From NCBI GenBank assembly GCA_963768425.1, contig CAVYHV010000015.1:32001-96000 (forward strand): a stretch of 64,000 bases of DNA, read 5' to 3'. Source of the stretch: Candidatus Bathyarchaeota archaeon (GTDB taxonomy: Archaea; Thermoproteota; Bathyarchaeia; Bathyarchaeales; Bathycorpusculaceae). The notes beneath the pieces were generated by a model, which worked only from the letters and a program-made list of their open reading frames with translations, was not told the origin of the DNA and made no database searches. The first letter of the stretch is position 1, and every line of letters starts with the position of its first letter. A program made the position numbers and the translations under genes. Of this stretch, positions 11,902 to 22,267 are shown in pieces.

Positions 11902-12076
11902 GTTTGCTGAGGCTCTGGAAACTAAGGAAGAAAAGTTTTTTCTTTAGGAGAATAAAGAAAAATGCAAATTCTTCAATTGCAGCTAATTTGAAATGTAACC
12001 AGAGCCTTCTCGGCGCCCATTCTTTTATCGCTCCATTTTCTCATGGTTTTAAAGGACTAAAAAAAGGAAAAAAGGA
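11902..12076. repeat. Conserved hairpin element plus terminator tract downstream of surface-protein gene, copy A
   Basis: GCTGAGGCTCTGG...CCAGAGCCTTCTCGGC inverted ends; homologous to 16093-16258 and 25771-25945. Confidence 0.8.
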
Positions 12077-12098
12077 ATTTTGTGTTGGTTTTTGTTGT

Positions 12099-14819
12099 TT
12101 ACGGGTGTTTTCTTGTGACGAGGAGTGCGAGTACCGCGCCGATTACGATTATGATGATGGCAATTGCTATAATTCCGTATTCGACTGTGGCGTTTGACGC
12201 TAAACCTGTAGTTGGTGTTGATGTTGGTGCTGCTGTTGCTGCTGCGTTTTGTACAGGAATGGCGGTTTCTGCGCTTGAACCCCAGTAACCATTAGTGCCT
12301 GAGAAGGTTGCAGTAACAACGTATTTGCCTGGAATACTTGGAGGCGCCCACATGTAGCTGAATGCGCCTTTTGAATCAGTTGTTGCGGTGCCAAGAGTAA
12401 TGAAGTTGCCGTTCGGGTCTGTGGCAGTCAACGTTACTGTAACGCCTGTGAAATTAGTTGGTTCTGGCTGCTGCTGATAAACGTAGCCCATCCAAGCCTT
12501 CATGCTTGTTTCAGAGCAAACTGGGACTCCATATGGAAAGTCTGCTTTCTGTTCTGTTTGCTGTGTGCCAGCGGAAGTATCTATCACCGTGCCCTGAATA
12601 ATTACGCTGTTGCCTGCTGTGACAGTAGTCAGTGGCGCCTGTACAGTAGTAGCACTAGGTCCTCTGCCTACAACGTAGATTGAATTGTCATAACCGTTAA
12701 ACCATGTATTATAGCCATCAGCCATAGCATAGCTCATCTGCCCGAACTCGGCGGTTACGCCAGAAATAGTCCATATCTCCTGACCTGTAGTAGCGTTAAT
12801 AGCCCGTGCTTCCGCGCCCTTGTAAATCGGCGTTGTCCAAGTATGTGCACTGGTAACTGTGTAAACTATTCCGTTGCCAATAGCTTGCAGCTGGGTTGGA
12901 TAAACACCATAAGGATAGTTTAAGCCGGCGTTAGTACTGTTGCCTGCGCCGCCATTGCCATAAGTCCACAATAGCTTTCCAGTCAAATCGTTGTAGCAAT
13001 AGACTGTTCCTCCGTATGCGCTGCTGTAAAGATGACCATAAGCTACCGCGCCAGGTAATGTGCCTTCCGATGTACTGCCATAGTAATCAATAGCTTGTTG
13101 TGGTGGAGCCGTCCATAAATAGCTACCGTCAGTTAAGCTGTATCCAACCCATTGGACACCTTCTTTGTAATCCTGCATAAAGACGCGAGTGCTCCAATCG
13201 ACTGGGCCTTGCACGACTGTGTAGTTATTTGCTGGCGCTTGAAGTGTTTTCCACCATAGGACCGAACCGATTGCCCCCTTAGATGCGTTGAGGTTAACAA
13301 AGAAGTACGTGTAGGGAGCTGAGCTTACCCAACTGTAAAGCGCGTTTTGGCCGTTTGAAGGCATAGTACCGTTCATACAAAGTAACCCATCATTGTAGTT
13401 AGCTGAAACAACGATAAATGGCGCGGTCATGGTGTTGATATATGGTGTCGAAACGTTCCAGTCATAATAGCTTCCGCTGCCCCCATCAATTGTGCCCGTT
13501 GGGCCTCCCGGCGCTGGCCAAAGGTTCCATGCAAACAACAGAGATGAGTTCCACTCAGCAAGATTCCAATTTGGTTTCGCTGTTGTTCCTGCGTTTGCAA
13601 AGACATAGTCTAAGTAATTACCGTCTGGCCCCATTGCCCTTGCAGAGCCCTCAAGGAACGGACTAGGTGGACTTCCTAACTGTGCATTGGTGTATACGGG
13701 AATGTTAGTTACATTTAACAAAGACTGCCCTGTGTCACCGTCATAAATCAGCCAACTTGAACCAATTACAGCAACTATCATTGGCGGAGTAACTCCGTGC
13801 TCGTTCACTGTGTCAACTGATTGGACGTACCCAAATGATAAAGGCGGTATGTTAGAGTTGCTCCAAATTTGCTGTCCTGTCCGCAGGTCGACGCAAACAG
13901 TAGGTCCGTAAGCGAATGTAAATCCAAACGGTATGGTGTTCCAATAACCTGCACCTTCAAAGCCTACTGGTTCAGTATAGTAAATCATTCCATCCAGAAT
14001 TATCGGATTGTTGTATCTAATCAAATACGCAGATCCGTCGAAGTAAGTGTCCGCCGGAATGGCAACATTGTTTCCTCCAACTACTCCTCCAGATTGAAGC
14101 GACTTAGTCCACATAACATGGCTAGTTTGAGATCCTACAGCATCTCCAGGTGCAATCTGCATGAAGGTATTAGGTCCAGAGAGAGCATCCTGACCAGTAT
14201 TCATATAGCCGCCATAGTTTGGTGCACCGATACCTAGCCAGTTTGATGCAATCGTGTACCAGTTGGTGTTTTCGCCGTATATTGGTCGCGTCCAATAAGC
14301 GGTTGGAAGTGGGGCACCAGTCAAAACATTAGCTACGGGTGTGCTCGAAACAGTAACCGACGTTGATGCTGAAGCAGGTGCAAATGAATCGTTAGTGTAC
14401 GGGTCATCCGCTGTGATTGTTTCTCCCGGGTAAGAAAAGGTCAGGTTGTAAACGCCGAGTTGGTCAGGAACAAAGCTTGTGTGTTGATTTGAGGTTGTGT
14501 CGAAGACAGTAGGAAAATTCTGCGTTGTTACTGCACCATTAGGGGCGGTAATAGTAAGTTTATAGTTGTGGAATCTAAGGTTGTTACTTATCGATGCTCC
14601 GGGGTATGTATTGGTTAGCCACAGATAAACTGATATTGTCTGACCGACACCGTCTGGGTTAGGCGAAGCCCAAATGTATGCGTAGGTTGGAATTTGCCAT
14701 GCTGGCGTGTGTGCGTTAGCGTTTGGTATTATTATCAGTGAAGCTGTCATCAAAAATGTTAAAAGTACTGCAATAAAAACTGCCATTGTTTTACTTTTCA
14801 TTTTTTTCATTTTTTTCAC
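12099..14819 (-). CDS. Secreted PQQ-binding-like beta-propeller surface protein (paralogue 1)
   Basis: Signal peptide, repeated ...TG..lW propeller motifs (VDLRTGQQIWS, AINATTGQEIWT), C-terminal Ig-like domain, Thr/Ala linker and TM anchor ending RKHP. Confidence 0.85.
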   Translation of the reverse strand: MKKMKKMKSKTMAVFIAVLLTFLMTASLIIIPNANAHTPAWQIPTYAYIWASPNPDGVGQTISVYLWLTNTYPGASISNNLRFHNYKLTITAPNGAVTTQNFPTVFDTTSNQHTSFVPDQLGVYNLTFSYPGETITADDPYTNDSFAPASASTSVTVSSTPVANVLTGAPLPTAYWTRPIYGENTNWYTIASNWLGIGAPNYGGYMNTGQDALSGPNTFMQIAPGDAVGSQTSHVMWTKSLQSGGVVGGNNVAIPADTYFDGSAYLIRYNNPIILDGMIYYTEPVGFEGAGYWNTIPFGFTFAYGPTVCVDLRTGQQIWSNSNIPPLSFGYVQSVDTVNEHGVTPPMIVAVIGSSWLIYDGDTGQSLLNVTNIPVYTNAQLGSPPSPFLEGSARAMGPDGNYLDYVFANAGTTAKPNWNLAEWNSSLLFAWNLWPAPGGPTGTIDGGSGSYYDWNVSTPYINTMTAPFIVVSANYNDGLLCMNGTMPSNGQNALYSWVSSAPYTYFFVNLNASKGAIGSVLWWKTLQAPANNYTVVQGPVDWSTRVFMQDYKEGVQWVGYSLTDGSYLWTAPPQQAIDYYGSTSEGTLPGAVAYGHLYSSAYGGTVYCYNDLTGKLLWTYGNGGAGNSTNAGLNYPYGVYPTQLQAIGNGIVYTVTSAHTWTTPIYKGAEARAINATTGQEIWTISGVTAEFGQMSYAMADGYNTWFNGYDNSIYVVGRGPSATTVQAPLTTVTAGNSVIIQGTVIDTSAGTQQTEQKADFPYGVPVCSETSMKAWMGYVYQQQPEPTNFTGVTVTLTATDPNGNFITLGTATTDSKGAFSYMWAPPSIPGKYVVTATFSGTNGYWGSSAETAIPVQNAAATAAPTSTPTTGLASNATVEYGIIAIAIIIIVIGAVLALLVTRKHP

Positions 14820-14980
14820 TGAATTGCTTATTTATCGATCGCCTTATATGCCTTTGTTGTATAACGCAAAATAATGGACAAAACTCTTGAAATCCCACCT
14901 TTTGACTGAATATTTCACGTTTTTAGTTAATAAAGGAGAAGCATCACCAAAAAACGTCACAATTCAGTTTATGTAGCACC
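14820..14980. promoter_or_regulatory. Divergent promoter region, duplicated at 19300-19470
   Basis: Near-identical non-coding block (CTTATTTATCGATC.CCTTATATGCCTTTG ... AATTCAGTTTATGTAGCACC) upstream of paralogues 1 and 2. Confidence 0.7.
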
Positions 14981-14998
14981 TCAGGTAACAGTGTTTGC

Positions 14999-15964
14999 AT
15001 GAAAGAGCTTGAGCAGATAGATATCAAGATTCTCAAAATGCTTCTCAAAGACGGTCGAAGAAGCTTTTTAGAAATAGCTACACAATGCCACACCTCAAAA
15101 AATGTCATCTGGGCACATTACAAAGAACTCAAGAAGGCAGGCATAATTGTTGGCGCGACTATTCAATTTAACTATCAAAAATTTGGCTACCATGGCTTAG
15201 CGACCATAATGATGAATGTAGAATCGCAAAATCTTGCAAATGTTTTCAGTCGCATTAGCGAAATCCCTGAGATGCATATGTTTCGCTACTATAATTCTGT
15301 CTATAATATCGCTGCAATCTCCACTCTGAAAAACATGAGTGATTTAGAACACGTGAAACAAGTCATAAACAAAAACAACAAAATAAATGAGTTCAAAACT
15401 TATCTTTGGGTCGATGTTCGAAACATACCTGAAAACATTTTGTCTGATCCTTCTGACCATCAAGATGATTATGTTTGCCCTCCAGTAAATAATCAAGAAA
15501 ATTTCCAAAAAATTGATGAAATCGACCTACAAATAATCGATGCGCTCACTTTAAATGGGCGCTTGCCATTCCGACAAATCGCTCAACAGATTGGGGCATC
15601 AACCACCACAATAACTAGAAGATACGAACGGCTTAAGAAAAATAATCTAATCAAGGTCTCGATTCAAATTAATGCGTTGAAATTGGGTTTCCAAAGCATT
15701 CTGGAAGTTAGCTTAGCATTAGCTGATCAAAATGAGATAAACGAAGTGGCAAACAAGCTATCTAGAATCGCAGGAGTATCATATCTTGTAAAAATAAGCG
15801 GAAATTATGACTTGTCAGTCGTTGTTTTAGTAAAGGACTGTAATAACGTGGTTAAAATTAATGACGCAATCTTACAAATACCGAACATCAAAAAGATGGA
15901 AGCAACATTAAGGACACTTCCCGCCACTTGGTCTGGGAAACGTCAATATATATCTACGTTTTGA
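14999..15964 (+). CDS. Tandem (double) Lrp/AsnC family regulator
   Basis: Two HTH-RAM units (IDIKILKMLLKDGRRSF; IDEIDLQIIDALTLNGRLPFRQIA). Confidence 0.9.
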   Translation: MKELEQIDIKILKMLLKDGRRSFLEIATQCHTSKNVIWAHYKELKKAGIIVGATIQFNYQKFGYHGLATIMMNVESQNLANVFSRISEIPEMHMFRYYNSVYNIAAISTLKNMSDLEHVKQVINKNNKINEFKTYLWVDVRNIPENILSDPSDHQDDYVCPPVNNQENFQKIDEIDLQIIDALTLNGRLPFRQIAQQIGASTTTITRRYERLKKNNLIKVSIQINALKLGFQSILEVSLALADQNEINEVANKLSRIAGVSYLVKISGNYDLSVVVLVKDCNNVVKINDAILQIPNIKKMEATLRTLPATWSGKRQYISTF

Positions 15965-16092
15965 TAAATTGAAAAGGAATTGTCATTTTCTTGAATAAAA
16001 ACACTATTAATAGCAGATTATGGTTCGAATCCCTCCTCAGTGTGAACTTAATAAAAACAAGGAAAACAAATGATTTTTTTGAAAAAATTGGG

Positions 16093-16258
16093 GTTTGCTG
16101 AGGCTCTGGAAACTAAGGAAGAAATTTTCTTTTTTAAGGAGAAAAAGAAAATGAACATTCTTCAAGTGCAGCTATTTCGAACATGACCAGAGCCTTCTCA
16201 GCCATTTATCTTTTCATCTCTTCTTGTTTTTTGGGGACTAAAAAAAGGGAAAGGGAGT
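16093..16258. repeat. Conserved hairpin element plus terminator tract, copy B
   Basis: GTTTGCTGAGGCTCTGGAAACTAAGGAAGAAA...CCAGAGCCTTCTCAGC. Confidence 0.8.
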
Positions 16259-16277
16259 TGTGTTAAGCACTTTTAAT

Positions 16278-17858
16278 TTATGGATGTTTTCTTGTGACAA
16301 GGAGTGCTATTACTGCGATTCCCACGATTATGACGATGATGATTGCGATACCTACGTATTCGATTGTTGATTGGGTTGCAATTCCGGTAAGAGGTGTCGC
16401 TGTTGGTGCTGCTGTTGCTGCGGGAGAGCCGGCATAGACGAAAGTTTCAGCCGCCGATGAGTAGTAGCCATTAGTTCCTGCAAAAGTTGCAAATATAGTG
16501 TAGTTACCTGTTATGCTTGGAGTCCATGTTAATCTGTAGCTGCCGCTCTGATCAGTCGTGGCGTAACCTATGGGGTAGTGGTTTCCATTAGAGTCTAAAA
16601 CAGCCAATTGCACTTGAACACCTGTGAAGTTAGTTGGTTCAGCCTGATCCTGGTAGACGTAGCCCATCCATGATTGCATGCTTGCGTCAGATGCACATGG
16701 AACCCCGTGTGGAAAGTCTGCTGCCTGTTGACTTTGGGTCGTGCCAGATGATATGTCCATCACTGTGCCGGTGATCGTTACCGGTGTAGCTGTCGTCACT
16801 CCTAGGTTAGGTGCTGAAACAGTGGTAGCACTGGGGCCTCTGCCAATACTGTATATTTGGTTGACGTAGCCGTTCATGCAGGTTATGTATCCATCCGCCG
16901 TAGCCCATTGTGGAGCAGCACTGGAAGTCCACTCGCTCGGGTATTCTGAGAGTGCCCATATTTGTTGTCCTGTTGTGGCGTTAACAGCGGTTGCTTCAGC
17001 GCCTTTGTACAGCGGGTCAGGAATGGTGTGCTCATCAGTAGCCAAGTATACTACTCCGTTAGCAATGGATTGTATCTGGGTTGGGTAAACTCCGTATGGT
17101 GTGTTTAAGCCAGCATAAGTGCTGTTACCTTCACCACCGTTGCCCCAAGTATAGACTAGTTGTCCAGTTACGTCGTTGAAGCAGTAGAGTATTCCTCCGA
17201 ATCCATCGACATAGAGGTTCCCGTAAGCAACTACTCCTGGAGGGGGTTGCCCTGGGTCGTAATAGTAATTAAAGGCGGCTGCGGTTGGAGTTGTCCATAG
17301 TAGTTGGCCCGTGTTTAGACTGTATCCTTGGAATTGTATAGTTTCCAGCGAATAAAGTGTGAAGACGCCGGTTTGGAAGTCGACTGCACTCTGTAAGAGA
17401 GTGACGTTGCCTGCTGGCGGATTATACGTCTTCATCCACAGGATTGAACCGATTGCACCGACAGATGAGTTAAGGTTGACGGCGAAGTATGTGTAAGGAA
17501 GTTGCGGGTATCCTGCTTTAGTCGCGCCGAAACCAACGGGTAGAGAGCCGTTTCTGCAAAGCATTACATCGCCATATTTTACTGCGAGTATCGACACGGG
17601 GTTTGATCCAGTTGGCGGTTGCACTATTTGTCCTGTGACGGCGCTGGGTGTTGCAGGTGGCGGCGGCATGGTGTTAAGCCATGGTAGTGAAATGTTCCAG
17701 TCATAAGTTGTTAATGAGCCGGAATTGATGCTTTTTATGGGAGCAGTGGTTCCAGGTGCAGCGGCATTGGAGTTAAGAGGTATGTTTGCATTCACCGTAA
17801 TTGAGGAGCCGCGTGGAACGAATGTTGTAAGGCCAGTTTGGTAGATAACCCATTTCAC
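16278..17858 (-). CDS. Beta-propeller surface protein paralogue 2, C-terminal part (frameshift near 17845)
   Basis: Homologous to the C-terminal half of paralogues 1, 3 and 4; TM anchor ending RKHP. Confidence 0.8.
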   Translation of the reverse strand: MKWVIYQTGLTTFVPRGSSITVNANIPLNSNAAAPGTTAPIKSINSGSLTTYDWNISLPWLNTMPPPPATPSAVTGQIVQPPTGSNPVSILAVKYGDVMLCRNGSLPVGFGATKAGYPQLPYTYFAVNLNSSVGAIGSILWMKTYNPPAGNVTLLQSAVDFQTGVFTLYSLETIQFQGYSLNTGQLLWTTPTAAAFNYYYDPGQPPPGVVAYGNLYVDGFGGILYCFNDVTGQLVYTWGNGGEGNSTYAGLNTPYGVYPTQIQSIANGVVYLATDEHTIPDPLYKGAEATAVNATTGQQIWALSEYPSEWTSSAAPQWATADGYITCMNGYVNQIYSIGRGPSATTVSAPNLGVTTATPVTITGTVMDISSGTTQSQQAADFPHGVPCASDASMQSWMGYVYQDQAEPTNFTGVQVQLAVLDSNGNHYPIGYATTDQSGSYRLTWTPSITGNYTIFATFAGTNGYYSSAAETFVYAGSPAATAAPTATPLTGIATQSTIEYVGIAIIIVIIVGIAVIALLVTRKHP

Positions 17859-19299
17859 CTACAGCTGGAATAGGGATCGTTGGAAGAAGGACTCCGTTGG
17901 ATGCATTTACTGGGTCTGGTGATAAACTTCCACCGCCGGTGTACGGATTAATGTCGTACTGCCAAAGTTTAGACATGTTCCATTCAGACATGTACCAATT
18001 TGGATTAGCAGCAGTGCCAATGTTGGTTATGACGTACTTTAATTCTTCACCGCTCGGACCCAAGATGTTATTGCTTACAACAGTATTCGGGAAGGCTACA
18101 ACGCTTGGGGGGGATGTAGCTATAGGTACGACGTATGAAGTGCTTGCGGGAAGATTAGTTACGTTGAACAGCGAGTCTCCTGTGTATGCATCATAAAGCT
18201 GCCACTGGCCTGTAATTGAGTTTGGTGAGACTAAGATTGGCGGGTAAACACCATGTTGGTCGGGGTCCCAGAGGCTGTAGATGTAGCCGAATGAAATTGG
18301 GGGTATGTTTGGGTTACTCCAGAGTTGTTGTCCTGTGCGGAGGTTAATTGCTACGGTGGGTCCGCTGCCGGGGCCAGTGAATGACGCTGGTTGTGTGTAG
18401 AATAGTACTCCGTCCATTATTATCGGATTGCTGAATCTTGGCTGATATGCAGATCCTTCGTAATAGGATGCTCCCTGAACAGCACCGCTGGGATTTGAGC
18501 CGCCGGCTGAAAACATGTTGCCTCCAACCACTCCTCCAAATTGAAGCGGCAAAGTCCACATAAGATGAGAAGTTAAAGGTCCTACGGCATCTGTATGATA
18601 CAGTGCTGCGTTTGCAGTGGCGCCATATCCTTCTGGCGGTCCCGAACCTGAGCCTAGCCAGTTTGACGAAAGTGGCCACCAGTTAGAGTCTGCACCGTAT
18701 ACTGGTTCTTGCCAGTAGCTTGTCGGTAGGGGTTCACTAGTTATAGCGCTGGAAATTGGTGCTGTTTGCACGGTGAGCGTTGTTGTTGCATTGCTAGGAA
18801 GATATGTATCGTTCACCATCGGTGATTGGGCGTAGCCGTTGCCATTTGCGCCGTACACTTGTCCTGGATAATAAAAGCTGAAAGTGTAGGTACCAACAGC
18901 GGTAGGAGTAAAGGATGTTTCCTGATTTGATGTTGTATCAGAGATGATTGGAAAAGTCGTTGTTGTTTTTGCCCCATCCGGTGCAGTTACGGTAAGCTGA
19001 TAGCCTAGGAATCTATAGTTGTTTGAAAGTAAGGCTGCGCTCGCTGTGTAACCGTTCGTTCCGACAGCGGCAGTTGTTCCACCGGGTGCTCCGTAAACTT
19101 CAGTAAGCCACATGTAAACGTTTATTGTTTGACCGACACCTATAGGATTAGGTTCGGCAACAATGTAGGCTTGTGTTGGAATTTGCCACACAGGTGTATG
19201 TGCGTTAACGCTTGGTATTATCATTAGTGAAGCTGTCATCGAAAATGTTAAAAGTACAGCAATAAGAATAGCCATTGTTTTGCTTTTCAGTTTTTTCAT
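17773..19299 (-). CDS. Beta-propeller surface protein paralogue 2, N-terminal part
   Basis: Signal peptide nearly identical to paralogue 1; PNPIGVGQ, NPIIMDG and INLRTGQQLWS motifs. Confidence 0.8.
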   Translation of the reverse strand: MKKLKSKTMAILIAVLLTFSMTASLMIIPSVNAHTPVWQIPTQAYIVAEPNPIGVGQTINVYMWLTEVYGAPGGTTAAVGTNGYTASAALLSNNYRFLGYQLTVTAPDGAKTTTTFPIISDTTSNQETSFTPTAVGTYTFSFYYPGQVYGANGNGYAQSPMVNDTYLPSNATTTLTVQTAPISSAITSEPLPTSYWQEPVYGADSNWWPLSSNWLGSGSGPPEGYGATANAALYHTDAVGPLTSHLMWTLPLQFGGVVGGNMFSAGGSNPSGAVQGASYYEGSAYQPRFSNPIIMDGVLFYTQPASFTGPGSGPTVAINLRTGQQLWSNPNIPPISFGYIYSLWDPDQHGVYPPILVSPNSITGQWQLYDAYTGDSLFNVTNLPASTSYVVPIATSPPSVVAFPNTVVSNNILGPSGEELKYVITNIGTAANPNWYMSEWNMSKLWQYDINPYTGGGSLSPDPVNASNGVLLPTIPIPAVGEMGYLPNWPYNIRSTRLLNYGECKHTS

Positions 19300-19458
19300 T
19301 TTTTTCCCTGAATGGCTTATTTATCGATCTCCTTATATGCCTTTGGTGCCTAACGCGAAAAAATGGACAAAACTATAGAAATCCAGTCTTTTGACTGAAT
19401 ATTTCTCGTCTTTAGCTAAAAAATGGGAAGCATTATCAAAAAAACAGGATAATTCAGT

Positions 19459-19695
19459 TTATGTAGCACCATCTCCAGCTTTATCCCACATCTCAAGCTT
19501 CTCATATTTCATTGCCGCCTCCTCATATCGCCCAGCTCTTTCAAGATTTCTGGCTTCTTCCATTATACATTCTCGTGGCGGAGGCGGAGGGACTGATAAA
19601 TCTGTTCAATCTTTTCTAAACTTTATACGGCAACGTGGACACCAAAAGACATCTGCGAAGGTATTGGTCGGATTTCGAAAGACGAGCTTTTGTTA
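19459..19695 (-). pseudogene. Truncated hypothetical gene remnant
   Basis: Reads ...FWCPRCRIKFRKD*TDLSVPPPPPRECIMEEARNLERAGRYEEAAMKYEKLEMWDKAGD and ends at the edge of the duplicated promoter block. Confidence 0.45.
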
Positions 19696-19829
19696 AAATC
19701 ATGGGGATATCTTGACGCCAGTTATTACCATTTAATTGAGCTGATTTTTGTGTAAATTATTCTGGTGTTCTATGGTAGAATTGAAATTTGCAAAAGACCT
19801 TTTAAGGTATATTTCGTAAGCTTGCCCAA

Positions 19830-20090
19830 ATGTTTCTTCAGGTTTTGGCTGCTGTAGTTCATAACCAATTTGAAGTCATTCACCCCTTCCAAGATGGCAA
19901 CGGGAGAGTCGGGCGACTATTGCTAAATAACATATTACTAAAACATAATCTGCCACCCTTAAACATCGAATTAAAAAATCGAGCCCAATACTTCGCCGCC
20001 CTACAAGCATACGAAAAAGAAAACAAAATACGCCCAACGTTGGAGCTCATGCTAAAAGAATACCATGCCCTCAAAAAAATCATCAAATAG
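19830..20090 (+). pseudogene. Fic-domain protein, C-terminal fragment
   Basis: Canonical Fic motif HPFQDGNGRVGR lies only about 17 aa from the ORF start; the N-terminal part is missing. Confidence 0.8.
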
Positions 20091-20267
20091 GTGACTACAA
20101 AAAACGGAAATGTAGTCACCCAGAATTCCTGGCGGCTGTTTGACGTGCAGAAAGTCGCTGGCCTGAATCTGGTCCGACCTACTCCCGCGTAGAAATGCTC
20201 CATTTGACTGTTTTTAAAGTATTTTGTTATTCTTGCTCCTTTAGCTCTTTGTGGTTTGAACCCGACA

Positions 20268-20397
20268 GAGGCTGTGTAAAAACTCAAATCGAGTTCAAAA
20301 AATTGCCTCAAATGTGCATTGAAATTTTTTTTAGGCCAGCATTATTTGCATGAAGCCAGCAATTTTCTGAGATCAAGAATAGTTTTTACATAGTCTG
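20268..20397. mobile_element. 130-bp MITE, copy 1
   Basis: TIRs GAGGCTGTGTAAAAACT / AGTTTTTACATAGTCTG; 4-bp TSD GACA (20264-20267, 20398-20401); inverted homologue at 23152-23281. Confidence 0.85.
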
Positions 20398-20448
20398 GAC
20401 ACGGGTCAAATCCCGCCCGACCCACTCCCAAGGCACACATTTAAGGTT

Positions 20449-20638
20449 CTAACGACGGTTTAAACGACGGCTTCAAGTTAGCCCTCGGCACATTTTTGCT
20501 TATTTTCTGCTTGTTTCTTGGCAATTTCTTGTTTCTTCGCAAAGAAAGGAAAAAGTACATTCGCTTCGGCTGTTCAAACTCCCGGACCATAATGTGGTTT
20601 GAACTCTGCGGGGTTCAAAAACCAATCGAGACCCAAAC
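20449..20638 (+). repeat. ~190-bp direct repeat copy 2, containing 38-bp motif copy 2 (20454-20491)
   Basis: GACGGTTTAAACGACGGCTTCAAGTTAGCCCTCGGCAC followed by sequence homologous to 11592-11736. Confidence 0.9.
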
Positions 20639-20717
20639 CGCTTCAGGCTCGAATCCAATCATAAAATTCTCATCTTATTTGCCCTGATCCCTTGAGATAA
20701 ATAAACATGAAGAAACT

Positions 20718-21168
20718 TCACTTGGCTTCGTCTGAAAAGAGTTGCTTTCCTTTTTCTGTGATTTCGATGGCACCTACTTGCTTGAAAATATTAACGTTGT
20801 CAGTAACGTTCCAGTATTCTGCGAGTTTGCCATTAACTATACGATAGATGTCAACAGCCTCAGCTCTTATCTTCTTTCCAGTAGGACTTAGTCCCATAAA
20901 TTCGCCTTTTGTGGGTCCCAGTATAGGAAAGGCGAACCCACACCTTGTTCCCTTCAGCGATGATGTCTTCAATAGATTCATGCCAATCAGGAAATGCGTT
21001 AAGACCCATAATAAATAATTGTTTGAGACCTTCTCGACCGACATTCTTGGAGCGGTCGATATAATCTGGTGCCACAAAATCGTCTATTAATTTCAAATAG
21101 TCCACGTTTCGATTATTATAGGCTTCAATAAATCTGCGAACAATCGCTTTATTCTCTTCTAAAGACAA
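20718..21168 (-). CDS. SnoaL-like ester cyclase, frameshifted near 20910
   Basis: MSLEENKAIVRRFIE...AFPDWHESIEDIIAEGNKVWVRLSYTGTH joined to GEFMGLSPTGKKI...YRIVNGKLAEYW. Confidence 0.85.
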
Positions 21169-21333
21169 AAAATCACCAGTAAATTCTATTCTCTTTTTGA
21201 GATTTAAGCGTGTTGTGAAGTGCAAGTTTTAGACTTTAGGGCTTATCCACTTCTTTGCAGTCTATCAAAGACTCCAAGAGTAACCGTTTCCCAACGTCAT
21301 TTTTAGATACTTTTCTTGTCGCATTCAAATCTC

Positions 21334-22149
21334 TTAAGTAATATCAACACGTTTTGAAGACTCGGCACTATGATCAAGAAAAAGAGCTATTAAATTCAAT
21401 GTGTTGTCAGTTATCAGCTCGCGCGATAAACCACTTTTAATTCCCATTTGATTCAAAGTCGTTCGTCTTAATTCCATCTCAGAAAGCAGACCATTCATAA
21501 GCATAGTTACATATTGAACGATAATACTTTCTTTCATATCATTCTTTATTGTTTTATCTTTCTTGCCTTTTCTAACTGCTTTTGACCAAAACTCACCATT
21601 TCTCAACATCTGAATAAAGAATTCAATGAAATGGGGCTCTTCAAAATATTTCTCAAATTCAAAATCTTCTAATGGCGAGAGGTCTTCAGTCAACTTGTTC
21701 AGGGTAGACTGTCCTACTTTGTTGACGATAAGTTCAATTATGGATTCAGGCATTAAGTTCATGTTTTTAATGTGCTCAAAAGTGTCATTGGTGATCTTTA
21801 GTACTATTGGGTTGTCGATGCCATCTTTGAGTGTTTTTGCGCAAAGGAATAGAACCTGTTCTTTTCCGGATACGTCAGTTGGTAGAGTGGCAATCATGGT
21901 TTCATTGAGTTCTTTGAAGACTTTTTTTCCGACGGCAAAAAAAACATCGTTTTTGTTTTTAAAATAATTATATATTGTTGTGCGACTTACAAACGCTGCT
22001 TCGGCAATATCTTCTAGAAGGACCTCATTTATAGGTTTTTTAGAGTAAAATTTTTCCGCTACGGCGAGAATTTCTTCTTTTGTTCTCTCTTTCTTTCTGT
22101 CGCGCAATTGTTTTTTTTCTTTGGAGGCATTGTTTTGAGTTAGTTTCAT
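21334..22149 (-). CDS. TetR/AcrR family regulator
   Basis: RDRKKERTKEEILAVAEKFY...LEDIAEAAFVSRTTIYNYFKNK. Confidence 0.9.
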   Translation of the reverse strand: MKLTQNNASKEKKQLRDRKKERTKEEILAVAEKFYSKKPINEVLLEDIAEAAFVSRTTIYNYFKNKNDVFFAVGKKVFKELNETMIATLPTDVSGKEQVLFLCAKTLKDGIDNPIVLKITNDTFEHIKNMNLMPESIIELIVNKVGQSTLNKLTEDLSPLEDFEFEKYFEEPHFIEFFIQMLRNGEFWSKAVRKGKKDKTIKNDMKESIIVQYVTMLMNGLLSEMELRRTTLNQMGIKSGLSRELITDNTLNLIALFLDHSAESSKRVDIT

Positions 22150-22206
22150 GACGTGAAAACATAATTGGCATCGCTGTTTATAAATATTTTACAGCTAATA
22201 CATAAT

Positions 22207-22221
22207 TTTACACCGTGTAAA
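22207..22221. promoter_or_regulatory. Candidate TetR operator palindrome
   Basis: TTTACAC-C-GTGTAAA perfect inverted repeat between the divergent tetR and membrane-protein genes. Confidence 0.5.
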
Positions 22222-22267
22222 TATTTATATGCGACGTGTACTATAGTAATTAAATGTCGTGTTTTGT

